Assembly: GCA_002269645.1 (NCBI GenBank)
Contig: NIVC01000695.1
Coordinates: 310,001-374,000 of the forward strand
DNA length: 64,000 bases
Direction: 5' to 3'
Origin: Macrostomum lignano
Lineage: Eukaryota
Part shown: piece after piece, positions 41,495 to 53,308 of the stretch
Position numbering within the stretch: position 1 is the stretch's first letter
Layout of the letters: every line of letters starts with the position of its first letter
Notes under the pieces: model-generated
Database searches by the model: none
Seen by the model: only the letters and a program-made list of their open reading frames with translations
What the model was told of the DNA's origin: nothing
Made by a program: the position numbers and the translations under genes

Positions 41495-42990
41495 ATCTTA
41501 GCAATTCCCCCCTAAGCCTTGAAATCTCAGCAATTCCCCCCAAGACTTTACATCTCAGTAATTCCCCCCCCCAAGACTTTACATCTCAGCAATTCCACTC
41601 CAAGTCTTTACATTTCAGCTATTCCCCCAAGACTTTACATCTCAGCAATTCCCCCCAAGACTTTACATCTCAGCAATTCCCCCCAAGATTTTACATCTCA
41701 GCAATCCCCCCCCAAGACTTTACATCTCAGCAATTCCCCCCAAGACTTTACATCTCAGCAATTCCCCCAAGACTTGAAATCTCAGCAATTCCACTCCAAG
41801 TCTTTACACTTCAGCAATTCCACTCCAAGTCTTTACATTTCAGCTATTCCCCCAAGACTTTACATCTCAGCAATTCCCCCCAAGACTTTACATCTCAGCA
41901 ATTCCCCCCAAGACTTTACATCTCAGCAATTCCCCCCAAGACTTTACATCTCAGCAATTCCACTCCAAGTCTTTACATCTCAGCAATTCCACTCCAAGTC
42001 TTTACATTTCAGCAATTCCACTCCAAGTCTTTACATCTCAGCAATCCCCCCCCAAGACTTTACATCTCAGCAATTCCACTCCAAGTCTTTACATCTCAGC
42101 AATTCCCCCCAAGACTTTACATCTCAGCAATTCCACTCCAAGTCTTTACATCTCAGCAATTCCACTCCAAGTCTTTACATTTCAGCAATTCCACTCCAAG
42201 TCTTTACATCTCAGCAATTCCCCCCAAGACTTTACATTTCAGCAATTCCCCCCAAGACTTTACATCTCAGCAATTCCCCCCAAGACTTTACATCTCAGCA
42301 ATTCCACTCCAAGTCTTTACATCTCAGCAATTCCACTCCAAGTCTTTACATTTCAGCTATTCCCCCAAGACTTTACATCTCAGCAATTCCCCCCAAGACT
42401 TTACATCTCAGCAATTCCCCCCAAGTCTTTACATCTCAGCAATCCCCCCCCAAGACTTTACATCTCAGCAATTCCACTCCAAGTCTTTACATCTCAGCAA
42501 TTCCACTCCAAGTCTTTACATTTCAGCAATTCCACTCCAAGTCTTTACATCTCAGCAATCCCCCCCCAAGACTTTACATCTCAGCAATTCCACTCCAAGT
42601 CTTTACATCTCAGCAATTCCCCCCAAGACTTTACATCTCAGCAATTCCACTCCAAGTCTTTACATCTCAGCAATTCCACTCCAAGTCTTTACATTTCAGC
42701 AATTCCACTCCAAGTCTTTACATCTCAGCAATTCCACTCCAAGTCTTTACATTTCAGCAATTCCACTCCAAGTCTTTACATCTCAGCAATTCCCCCCAAG
42801 ACTTTACATTTCAGCAATTCCCCCCAAGACTTTACATCTCAGCAATTCCCCCCAAGACTTTACATCTCAGCAATTCCCCCCAAGACTTTACATCTCAGCA
42901 ACTCCACTTCAAGTCTTTACATTTCAGCAATTCCCTCGTAAGCCTTGGCATCTCAGCAATTCCCCGAGTAAATCTTGACATCTCAGCAAT
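41495..42990. repeat. 28/29-bp minisatellite (CTCAGCAATTCCCCCCAAGACTTTACAT / CTCAGCAATTCCACTCCAAGTCTTTACAT), about 50 units
   Basis: Direct tandem repetition of two interleaved variants; explains the two 512-aa periodic ORFs. Confidence 0.97.
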
Positions 42991-44037
42991 TTCCGCCGAG
43001 CAAGCAACCCTCATATATAGCAAGCAACCCCAGATAGCTACTAGCATCCCCCGATAGCAAGCATCCCCCTATTAGAAAGCACCCCCCCCCAGCAAGATAG
43101 TGCAACATCAACTTCCTCAGCCAGGAAGCGTCATGTAAAACATAAAAGAACTCAATAGTTTCTTTCTATGATATTAAGTGGTAGTGAACTCGGTTGAATT
43201 ACAGGGAGCTGTCGAAAGTACTGTCGAAAAACTGCGCACTATATTCAATATATATATTTAGCTATTGGTAAATTAGAGCCAGCACAAAGCCAAGAGCAAC
43301 AAGTGATAAACCAGACAACAGCTTGGAGAGAGAAATTCAAAATGTTTTTACAGTCGTAGAAACTTGAATATTAAGATTAAAACAAAAACGTGGAAAATTT
43401 AATCTGTTTAAAAGACCATCCAGTACGTGCAGATATATAAGAGTTAAGTAGAAGAATTATATACCAACAATTACTCTGCAGAGACTTTCGCAACTAACTA
43501 AACGATCTACAGGAACTCAAGCTGTCGCACAGGTTTTAGAAGTAGTAATATTTCATTATACAGTACCAACAGCGAACAAGCAGGCCGAAAGAATGTTAAG
43601 TAGATACTGACGCAACAGCATAAAACCATTAAAACATTTGGTATTATTGAGTACATGTCCGTAATATACCGACTCCGAATATCATCAATGTAACATAAGG
43701 GCACTTGATTAAACATAAAACAGGCACAAGAGTAAGTCTGGCTTTGCCAGACACTGTTTAAAAATTTTCAATAAATATCCGGTAGACACTTTGCTACATG
43801 TATGTACATTATGAATTGTGAATTTCACGTACTGCAGAAACAGGACTGCAGCTGGAAATCCAGATTAAACCAGAAAAAATTGGACAGAGTGGTTTTTAAT
43901 GAAACCTAAAAATTTAAAATTGGCGAGGCAAAAAGTCTTGTTAAAGCTGTAAGAAGTTTAAAAAGAAAAAAGTTGTCTTTTCGATGAATGCTAATTTTTT
44001 TGTTTAAATTTAGAACGAATATAACCAGTTACCAAAA

Positions 44038-44860
44038 TTATCTACTGTATTTCTCAGAACAAAGTCTTCTTCTCACACTCTCAGATCTCATACAAACCAG
44101 AAGGAAGGCGTTTTCCTCTCCGCTCCAAATTCCGATGAAGTCGCGTGGGAAGCTGGAGTACTGGAACATAGAGCAGTTGCCGCTTTTAGTAGAGAACAGA
44201 AAGTAACGACACAGCGGGTTGTCGCGGCACTGCTGACCGCGCTTATGTCGATCCAGGCCATCACAGCAGAGCTGTACGGTCGAGTGGCCAGTGGTGAAAC
44301 GAAGCTGGGCTGCATCTCCTGCATGTGGTAAGCGACGTTGGCGCCTTCGGGCACGACTGAAAGAAAATCGGTGGCATTGAATTCCGTGGCTTCTCGAACA
44401 GGCAAAAGTGCGCTCTGTGATGTTCGCGCTGTGTGTTTGAGTGCGTCGGGTACAAAATACTTTTATCGATAGGAGATTCCATTTAGACTCGCAGAACTTG
44501 TCAGTTATTCTTGAACTCACCAGCTAGAATGTCGATCTCGCACAGGTGAAACGATGTATCCGAGAGTCCAGAGACGTTCTTGTAGATGACGAAGTACCTG
44601 CCAGCGACCGCCTGCACGCAGGTGATGTTGATCGAGTTGCCATCGACAGTGGGAGTGCCGCCATAGTAGGCGGACAGGTCAAACAGGTCTTTGTTGAAGC
44701 TCGTCCACACAGCCGTATTGGATGAGACAGCTGCAGTGAGGAGTTGCGCAAGTAGGTTATTCGGTAGATTTTCTCTGAATACGGGGTAACGAATTCCGGC
44801 ACCTACCAACACTGAGCGGCGAAGCTCTGTCTTGGACAATTGGATTGTCCGAGCCTGTTC
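44038..44860 (-). pseudogene. 5'-truncated fucolectin/F5-8C (FTP)-like plus PAN/Apple gene fragment with a frameshift
   Basis: ITCVQAVAGRYFVIYK...FHLCEIDILA resembles the FTP C-terminus (C..GRYV..LCEVEV). G|GTGAGT donor at 44520, ACACAG| acceptor at 44429. The PAN-like CRDNPLCRYFLFSTKSGNC lies in another frame from the preceding sequence. Confidence 0.6.
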
Positions 44861-44994
44861 CACAGCACTGCTCCGGAGACTGCGACTCTTTCCAGCAGGC
44901 TTGGCGCCCCCTCTCTTTCCAGTTGGCGCCCCCCTTTCCAGCAGGCTTGGCGCCCCCTCTCTTTCCAGCAGGCTTGGCGTCCCCCCCCCTTTCC

Positions 44995-45175
44995 CTGCTC
45001 GGTAAGTGACTGCCACTTTGACTTGAAAATCCTTGCTCATGGTCATTCAATGTATGCTACGGAGTATTTTATTGAACGCGCACTGCCCCAACGCATCGAT
45101 TCGAGTCGTAGTCGTGGGTGGTTACCACGACTTTGGCCCAGACAGAAATTGCACTCACTCCAATTTTGTAACTAG
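44995..45175 (+). pseudogene. Diverged, internally deleted remnant of the PAN-glycine-rich gene at 49.4-49.9 kb
   Basis: CGGTAAGTGACTGCCACTTTGAC...CCCCAACGCA matches 49370-49468 and runs straight into GTGGGTGG.TACCA.GA.TT.GGC..AGAC.GAAATTGCACTCACTCCA, which matches 49830-49905. Confidence 0.7.
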
Positions 45176-45206
45176 CAGCTTAGAGTCAGCGTATACTCGT
45201 AGCTAG

Positions 45207-45447
45207 GCGTACAGGGTCGAACCAGTTGGATAGTGGATAGTCGAATTAATCCTAGGCGTACAGGGTCGAACCAGTTGGATAGTGGATAGTCGAATTAATC
45301 CTAGGCGTACAGGGTCGAACCAGTTGGATATTCGAATTGATCCTACGCGTACAGGGTCGAACCAGTTGGATAGTCGTGCAGCGTACAGCATGTGTAGAGT
45401 CCACTGGACTCTCAATTCTACTATCCAACTGATTCGACCCTGTACGC
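45207..45447. mobile_element. Small foldback/MITE-like element: four tandem copies (49, 49, 42 bp spacing) of a terminal motif and one inverted copy
   Basis: GCGTACAGGGTCGAACCAGTTGGATAG at 45207, 45256, 45305, 45347; inverted CTATCCAACTGATTCGACCCTGTACGC ends at 45447. No TSD seen. Confidence 0.55.
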
Positions 45448-45600
45448 TCAAGTGCCTAGGTGAGTCCTGGTCATGCGATTAATTATTAGCGCAAATGTGC
45501 ATCTTAAAAGTACAGGCGACCATCCATAATTCTCTATGTATCACAATTCTGAATATAATCGTCTGTCATGACGTGCAAGAGCGCTGCAAATGTATGAAAG

Positions 45601-45957
45601 GCAACATCTGGGTCTTTGCCAGCAACATCTGGGTCTTTGCCAGCAACATCTGGGTCTTTGCCAGCAACATCTGGGTCTTTGCCAGCAACATCTGGGTCTT
45701 TGCCAGCAACATCTGGGTCTTTGCCAGCAACATCTGGGTCTTTGCCAGCAACATCTGGGTCTTTGCCAGCAACATCTGGGTTTTTGCCAGCAACATCTGG
45801 GTCTTTGCCAGCAACATCTGGGTCTTTGCCAGCAACATCTGGGTCTTTGTCAGCAACATCTGGGTCTTTGCCAGCAACATCTGGGTCTTTGTCAGCAACA
45901 TCTGGGTTTTTGCCAGCAACATCTGGGTCTTTGCCAGCAACATCTGGGTCTTTGCCG
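45601..45957. repeat. 21-bp minisatellite (GCAACATCTGGGTCTTTGCCA), 17 near-perfect copies
   Basis: Direct tandem repetition. Confidence 0.98.
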
Positions 45958-47734
45958 GTAACCAGCGCTCAGACCAGTTCCTAGATTTCTTTAAAGAGGA
46001 AAGAGAGAGAAAAAAACAGGAAAATAAAGCCTACCTAAGCCAAAAGGCTTAGATTATACTGGTCTGGACCCCTTCTCTTGGCGGAATGTAATGTAAAACA
46101 TTGAAATAGAATATAATAAAACAGTGACCAATCTGTTTTATGGAGCGCAAACTTAAGTTTTTGGGGGCGCAATGCATGTATGTTTCGTGAAGCTAAAACA
46201 TAAAATATGAATAAAACATAAAGTTCAAAATAAAAAATAGGGTATTTTTGGGGCTTTTCAGTCGCGTTCAGTCCCTCAAGTCTTCCCTCCGTCGCTTTGC
46301 TGCTAGCGCCAAACTCGCTGGTTCCGTCTGTGCCCTCTTCCTTTGTTTGTTCGTTAAGTTCCGCCGACGTGCAGGCGGCGCAACAGGCGGTGGAGGCAGC
46401 ACATCATGCGGTTGGAGGTCCTCCTCCTGGCCATCATCCTCCGCGTTCGGCAGAGCTGGCAGGGGTGGTTCTGGGTTCTCCACAGCAGGCGGTGCAGACG
46501 GCACATATCTCTGCATCAGTAAATAATCGATTGCTTTTGTTCTGTCAACCCAATTAGGCTGAAACTTTAGCATTAAATTCATTACATATTGGCCCACGCG
46601 TGTGCAATTTAAAAAAAATCGATTGATCAGATGCAGAGATATTCGGGGTTACCATGAACTTTTTAGACACACTAAGGTAGTATATCGATTTCATTAATTA
46701 AAATGTTGTTTATGATAAAAATCAATTATCGGAAGCTTTACGAGTACAAATATACCTTAAAACTTGCGGGTCACGGCTGTTGAAGAAAAAACAGTGCTGG
46801 AGAAAGTGCTCAAATTGCTAGGGAAATGTGTTGTGCGTGCAATGCGTGAGTATCGCTAGGTCACAAGCTGTTGGAGGCTTGAAACTGCAATTTCGCGTCA
46901 TGCAATGATACAAATTTCGTAACCAAAGAAAGGAATCAGTGCTCTGCAAATAAAATTAAATTTGCCATTCGCAAAAAGCCCAACGTAATGGTAACGAGTG
47001 GCATATTTAGTGCAGCAACTAAAGAGCTTACCATGTTTGCTAACATCACATTCATTGTCGTCATCAGTCGTGATTTCTACATTCCTCGTCCGATTCATCC
47101 AATGTAATTTCTTCTAAGGATCTCCTTTGTAAGGATCTCCCTCCCTCCTAGAAGCGAGCTAGAGCTACCCGTCTAGGAGGGAGCGAGGGAGTCAGAGAGC
47201 TCGTTACCTTTAAAACCGGTGTGTCCTTTCGAACCAGCTTGTTAAGCTCCCCAGAAGTTAGACTGTTAGACTGTTCAGGAGTTGGTAGTGGTGTGACATG
47301 GCTGGGTCTCAGGCCCCGTGCGAATTTTTTCCACCAATAATTGCACCCTTTTCTGAGCAGCAGTACCCACAATAATCTACTGGTAGAGCCGCTTGAGACT
47401 GCGATTGTTCATTCGCTCTGCTGCTTTGGTACTCTTCTTGACTGCAGCTGCATCAATTTCCCACTCATTATTGGCAGCAGCTCACAAAAGCATGGCAACT
47501 CACACAACCAACGATGTTTACCGCATGCCTACGCAAAGTTGTTAGTTTTTTTGTTCAGCTGCTGTCGTAACGATGTGTGAGCAATCCAGTATTGGAAGAT
47601 GTTAACTCTTCTACTTCGTAGTATGCTAAATGCATCTTTCAAGTCGGAACCTCTCTTGCATGCACTTTTAGTCTGTAAAGCTGGGGCTAATTCCGGAAAT
47701 TACTGCCAAAACAATGGTATCCTGCATGCTTATC

Positions 47735-48482
47735 GGGAGTACGACGTTTGCTTGCGGGAAGTTTGCTTGCCGAACTTTGCTTGCCGAGCTTTGCTTGCGG
47801 AACTTTGCTTGCCGAACTTTGCTTGCCGAAGTCTGCTTGCCGAACTTTGCTTGCCGAATTTTGCTTGCCGAACTTTGCTTGCCGAAGTTTGCTTGCAGGA
47901 AATTTGCTTGCAGGAATTCTGCTTGCCGAAGTTTGCTTGCAGGATCTTTGCTTGCGGAATTTTGATGCCTGCTTCCTAGAAATTCGCAATCCCAATTGCA
48001 AGGTTTTAACTTGCTTAATCAGAATATTTTCTTGTCTGCTTGATTCTTATCAGCGTCGACGTAAACTGACTTGACACTGAGCTTTCAAACTAGGCTTATA
48101 GAGTTTCATTCTAAGAATTTAGGGGTCGCAATATAAAGCTGTCGTAGCGTAAGTTCGATCGTACGTCGGAACTTCTACACTACGGAGATGGGAGCTAAGA
48201 ACGATCTTATCTTACGATGTTCTGCATTAGGGCTTTTCAAATCCGCCATATCCTCATACAAAATAATAACACTATGGGCGACTTCCACGAATCTTAGAAA
48301 ACAAAATTAAAAATACAAGAGCTCAATAATAGGTTCTTTAAGGTTCCGCAAGAAAACTGTGGCTGGCAAATCTCGGCAAGCAAAGTTTCTGCAAGCAAAC
48401 TTCGACAGGCAAAATTCCGCAAGCAAAGTTCGGCAAGCAGACTTCGGCAAGCAAACTTCTCACAAGCAAATTTCATAGACCC
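47735..48482. mobile_element. 748-bp non-autonomous foldback DNA transposon with TIRs built of 15-bp tandem repeats
   Basis: GGG...CCC ends; direct array of TTTGCTTGCCGAACT at 47746-47965 and inverted array at 48370-48475; perfect 8-bp TSD TGCTTATC (47727-47734, 48483-48490). Confidence 0.88.
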
Positions 48483-48547
48483 TGCTTATCTATCTTTTGG
48501 GAGCTGATTACTGCATACGCTCGTAAAACGTGCATGAACGTTAGGTC

Positions 48548-48710
48548 AAAAGGCGTGTACGAGGAGACGCCAGTGCACCAGCCGTTCCATCAGCTTGAGG
48601 AAGAAAGACGTCAGACTGATGTGGCAGTAAGCTTTAGAAGAGTGATAGCCTCCCTTCCCTGGTTTGAGTATTGAGACCATGCACCGCGGCTTCTAGCCTG
48701 GTCTTATGTT
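48548..48710 (-). mobile_element. Non-LTR retrotransposon reverse-transcriptase fragment (degenerate)
   Basis: Across one frameshift reads *KPRCMVSILKPGK / GGYHSSKAYCHISLTSFFLKLMERLVHWRL, matching the LINE motif W..V.IPKPGK..Y...YRPISLTS..LK..ERLV. Confidence 0.6.
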
Positions 48711-49414
48711 AGCCTTAAAGACGTTGCAAAGGAAGCAAAAGAGTTATTACAGATATTGATTGTTACATGTACGTATGTTGTAACGTCCAATCCAATTTAG
48801 TCAAATCAGCGAGTTTAATACTGACCTCACAAGCTAAGCGTAAGAAATATTGGAAAAACAGAAGTGAGCAAGGAAGGATATTACTGTGCTCTCCGAAATG
48901 ACTGTCGGCTAATTGATGGATTTAAACGAGTTACTATCGGTTCAAAAACTTTGCAGATTTGCAGCGAGCCAATCTAGAGTGTGAAACATTTTTTTAACCT
49001 GTAGTAACCTGAAACTGCTGCAGAGCAGTGCTCAAGAATCATAGAAAAATAGAGCTCCTGAGCCATGGTGAAAGCTCATTTCTGGGATTGGCTGCGAACC
49101 CGCCTCTGCTTAGAATTTCTTCCAAATCTTGATTTAGTCTCCAGCAAGCGTCTTGTCAGCCGCAGCTCCCAGAAACAAGTAGCAGAAAAGGCACTCTGCT
49201 TCCCGCCTGCACGAATATTCACTGCTGATATAAGAGAAATTTATTGGGAATTTCAATAGTCGAAAAAGAGTTCAAATAAGCATCGCAAAGAAGCGCAAAG
49301 ACTGACAATCAACCAATCAACCGCAAGCATGACTGATAAAGTTTTGACTTTACAATTAGTTACCCTGTTCGGTAAGTGACTGCCACTTTGACAATTGAAA
49401 ACCTTTGCTAACAG

Positions 49415-50839
49415 TTATTCAATGGATGCTACGAGTATTTATTACGGACTGCGCATTGCCCCAACGCAGTTTGCTGCTCTCTCGTGCTGCGAGTACAAGG
49501 CGACAGTTCGCGGACCTATTCTGTGTGCTCAGAGCAGCAGCTTCACATGCTGGAAGCCGTTCTCAACGCCTACAACAACGTCACGACAACAACCAAGGCC
49601 ACTGATGTAATCGACTGTCTAGCAAAGTGCCAGAGGGTGAGCTGCAGCGCTGCCGTCTCGGTGGAGAGCAATGCCACGTGCGAGATGGTCACCATAGCAA
49701 CCGCCAAGCTGTCAATCTCAGCAGATCAGGTGCAGCAAGTCATCGGATCTCAGGTCGGTGCGAAGGTGTGGAAGGCGGAGGACAGCGACTGGCCTTCGCC
49801 TGCAGTGCAGCTTCGGAGTGAGTCATCAATGCCTAGTCTTAGTTGTGGGTGGCTACCATGATTTCGGCAGAGACCGAAATTGCACTCACTCCAGCTTTGT
49901 AACTCGCTGACGCTGTTCCATTGCAGACAGCAGCACAGGCAGAAACGGCTCAATCCAAAGCGTCTTCATCAACACGACCGGCTGCTACCTGATCAAAGCT
50001 GCCGGCGCCAGAGGTGGCGGAAACTTACTGACGAACAAAGCCGGAGGCCAGGGAGCCCAGGTGAGCGCCAGAGTCAACCTGACAGCCGGCACCCAGCTGA
50101 GCATCGTTGTGGGCCAGATGGGCGGCTCGACCTCTTTGGAGTTCGAAGGAGGCGGCGGAGGCGGCGGCAGCTTCGTGTACCGGACGGGCGACCAGCTGCT
50201 GCTGCTGGCTGCCGGCGGAGGCGGCGGAGCTTCCAACGGTAAAAATGGTGAGCTCAGTGGCTTCAGTTGCTAAAATGGTTAATTATATGATTCAAAAAAC
50301 CACTTGCATAAGCAGTTTGCTTTATTCTTTTATTTCACTGTAGGACAACCAGGGAAACTGGGAGAAACGGTTCGGACAGCCTGGGAAGCAACAGCGCCAA
50401 CTTAGGCTTCGGTGGAACTAACGGTCAGCCGGGCTCCAACAACCCCGCTAGCACCCCAAGCGAAAGCAACCACGGCGGCTGCGGCGCCGGCTGGCTCGGC
50501 ATGGCCGTCAGCCCCAGACGAAGCTCCTCGGACGGAGAGAGAGGCGGCAGTCTGGCCGACGGCTGGGTCGGCGGCAGCGCCGGAGACGGCAGCGTCAGCG
50601 ACGGAGGCTTCGGCGGAGGCGGCGGAGGCGGCAGCAGGACCAGCGCAGTAAGAGGCACCCCTGGAGCTGGCGGCGGCTTCAGCGGTGGCGGAGCCGGACT
50701 GGGCTACGGTCACATCGGCGGTGGCGGCGGCTCCTTCTGCAGGGGCGGCTGCGTGTTCGGCGGCACCTGGACCGGCGACCAGGGCTTCGTGTCCGTTCTG
50801 CTTGAGTCGGCCTCAGCCGCTTGCAACGCGGGCATCTGA
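49415..50839 (+). CDS. PAN/Apple-domain plus ALK/LTK-like glycine-rich-domain protein, paralog 1 (exons 49415-49817, 49927-50247, 50344-50839; one 1-nt frameshift near 50365; 5' end unresolved)
   Basis: DCLAKCQRVSCSAAVSVESNATCEMV is PAN-like. TGCYLIKAAGARGG...GGQGAQVSARVNLTAGTQLSIVVGQMG...GGGGGGSFV...LLAAGGGGG is the ALK/LTK/Gly-rich motif series. GT-AG junctions are phase-consistent. Confidence 0.78.
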
Positions 50840-51271
50840 AGCCACTGCAAACCGATTGTTAAGTGGGGCCTTGGTCATTCGGATTTTGACTTGGATGGTC
50901 ACTGTGTAATACTGCTTAATCTTGTGAACCTTGATTGGTGTCGTTTGGGAAAATAGCTTAGGGCTAGGGAGGCTGTAAATTGCGATTAGTAGACCATAAC
51001 GGCTTAGTCTTGTGAACTAAGTCTGGTAGTTCCGTGAAGCTTTAAACTTAACGCTTGTCTTCTGAAAAAAGCCTGGAAATATTTGCCATAGACAAAAGCC
51101 GCGTTTGAATTGAAAGAGTTCTGGCTTTCTATTGATTTTCCGCAAGCACGCTGTCTCCAGCTAAATAGTCTGAATTGAATTTTCAAAAGTTTTTTAGAAC
51201 TGGGAACTTTATCAAAATCGAGCGTGAAAATGTGCAGTAGAGTGTAAAAAGATGATTAGTTACCATCAATT

Positions 51272-51467
51272 AGGGCCGTATGCAGAAAGCTCTGTCTAGG
51301 GTAGTCCGGTCTTGAAAAGCTAGTCTAGACTTGGATTTGGTATGCAGAAACGCAAAGTTAGACCGGTCTTCTATAGACAGAACTAGGCTAGCTAGACCAT
51401 AGACCATAGACTGAACTACCCAAGCCCGGACTAGCTGGTCTGGACTAGGCTTTCTGCATACGGCCCT
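51272..51467. mobile_element. ~196-bp MITE, possibly PIF/Harbinger-like
   Basis: 19-bp perfect TIR AGGGCCGTATGCAGAAAGC / GCTTTCTGCATACGGCCCT; T/A-rich flanks but no clean TSD. Confidence 0.7.
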
Positions 51468-52544
51468 TTAAGTTGCGTAGGACTTCAGAGTTAAGTATAT
51501 TTAAATCTTACTACTCACTAGCCTCTTATCACTAGTAGTGTATGTGAACTTTAAAGTTCATGACTTTTAACCAAGGCGATTATTTACCAAGGTCAAAATT
51601 AGTTATTTTTTAACCATAGCACCTCTGCTTTCATACCCAGAAGCTAGATCTTCCCTTCCTGAATTGAACTGTTATTTAACTGATTATTGGAATCTTTCAC
51701 TGCTACTGACCTACTTGCACTCAGAAAACTCAAAACAGTTCTCAATTTCTGCTAATTGATAAACACTAAATACACTCATCTGTCCGAAGCCGCTCGTCTT
51801 TTTTTCCTGCCAGAGGAGAATTTCTGGAGGTTATTTTTAAGACGAGCGGAACAAATTTGTGAGCTCAGCTGTGTCTTTCAGTGTCTGCTTTCTGCTCATA
51901 CCAATGAGCCAAGGTGAGCGTAGAGACCGATGGCACCTACTCGTACAGGTGAATCGACTTTGAAGTTTTTAAGAGCAATAGGAGTTAGGCTCTGCTTGGG
52001 AGAGACGTGCTCAGCGTGCATCTGGAACTCATCGGCAATTTGGAAACTGTAGCAATAACTTCTACATCGATAAAATCACATCTGGAGGGATATGCAAAGC
52101 AGGAGTGTCTGAAGGCCGGACCTTTGCCGGTAATCAAGTGGGAAGCTGTGAGAAAAAGAGATCGATCGACATCGATCAATGTCTTCGATAGAAAATCAGC
52201 CTTATATGCTTCGGCACTGCAGTTAAATACATAGCAGTGATAGGCTGCTCAGTGTGCACAGGTTGTGTGCAGGCAGGCCTATGAGGCCTACACAATAGTC
52301 AGCACAGTACATAACCACACGGCGCTGAGCCTGTCGAACCATTTCGGCGGAATCTCGAATTGTCAGAAGCCAGCAGGCTTAGAGGCCAAAATGTCCGGGT
52401 TTAGTTGTACCTTGCTAAACTCCAGGACAAAGTTAAACGGCTCCAGTTGCCACCACCACCGTCGTCGCAAGTTCCCTCGTTTTCAAATGTCAAAATTCGA
52501 ACTTTCAGGATTTGGGGATTGTAAATTCTTTTAAATTATACCTG

Positions 52545-52789
52545 CCCTGTTAGGAATTATGTACAACCGACAGCTCATTTGCGCGGCGCATCTGATTCGA
52601 AGGCTGAGTACGGCTGTTCAGCCCAAGGCCTGCTAATGCTGGCACCCATTTTACAGCTGCAGGGCGAACTGAGGCAATGCAGAGTTAAGTGTCTTGCTCA
52701 AGGACACAGATTGTTCCGAGTGGGTCGAGAATCGAACCCTGACCTTTCAGTCGTGAGTCCAACGCACTAGGCTACAACATTAGGCTGCC
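52545..52789 (-). mobile_element. tRNA-headed SINE with a CORE (MIR-like) central domain
   Basis: Head with A box and GGTTCGATTC B box, then TGTGTCCTTGAGCAAGACACTTAACTCTGCATTGCCTCAGTTCGCCCTGCAGCTGTAAAATGGG, closely resembling the MIR core TGTGACCTTGGGCAAGTTACTTAACCTCTCTGTGCCTCAGTTTCCTCATCTGTAAAATGGG. Confidence 0.8.
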
Positions 52790-53308
52790 GTGGGTCAGCA
52801 ATTCCGCATTACTAGACTTGGTGTAAAAGTTTCGTGAAAAGTCGTCGATTATTTATCTTGTTTGTCAATTGACACTGGCTGGCACGGCACGTCAGGCATG
52901 ATGTGATGTGTCAGGAACGAGACCGATCAAGCGAAACCGACAGCCGACCCACTCCACAGAGTCGCGGAGAAAGTACCCACTGTAAGCCAGAAGAAGGACG
53001 TGCAAAACTTCAAATCGATTGCTACTTTAGATATCATTTTCAGTTGAAGTGTTTATCATTCCGTGACAAAGAAGTTGCTGTCGAGAACATTCTGTCAGTT
53101 GTCAAAAAATTTCCTCACTTTTAAAGAAGCTACTGCACTTGTTCAAGCGTTAGTGAATGATGAAATAAAATGCTTTAATATGTTAGGATAATGACACTTT
53201 AAATTTACCTAAACTTGTACGCGCTCGTAACTGGCAGATGCTTTCAAAAAACTACTCTCACCCGAAGCCAACAACTGTCTGAATGTCAAGCATGAGCTGA
53301 AGGACCAA

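Noticed and set aside
41440-43057. Two 512-aa ORFs
   Set aside because: Translations are periodic products of the 28/29-bp minisatellite, whose unit lacks stops in these frames; no domain or splice context.
44893-45046. N-terminus of the 181-aa ORF 44501-45046 as part of the FTP protein
   Set aside because: It is read through a 27-bp GC-rich triplication and the antisense of the PAN-gene remnant.
45495-46052. ORFs in multiple frames (FASNIWV, QQHLGLC, PATSGSL repeats)
   Set aside because: A 21-bp unit with no stop codon gives open frames by construction; nothing indicates translation.
46268-47098. Minus-strand ORFs 46268-46597 and 46898-47098 as a transposase remnant
   Set aside because: Composition looks coding (Pro/acidic tract, basic tail) but I recognise no family motif; needs a profile search before any call.
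47500-47726. Weak hAT dimerisation-like string (PLFWQ*FPELA...FSILRSRR) on the minus strand
   Set aside because: Spacing and the ERxFS motif do not fit well enough; may be chance.
51860-52190. Possible small secreted-peptide gene (hydrophobic stretch, GTGAGC donor, Cys-containing frame)
   Set aside because: No in-frame start or consistent acceptor could be established and no family was recognised.
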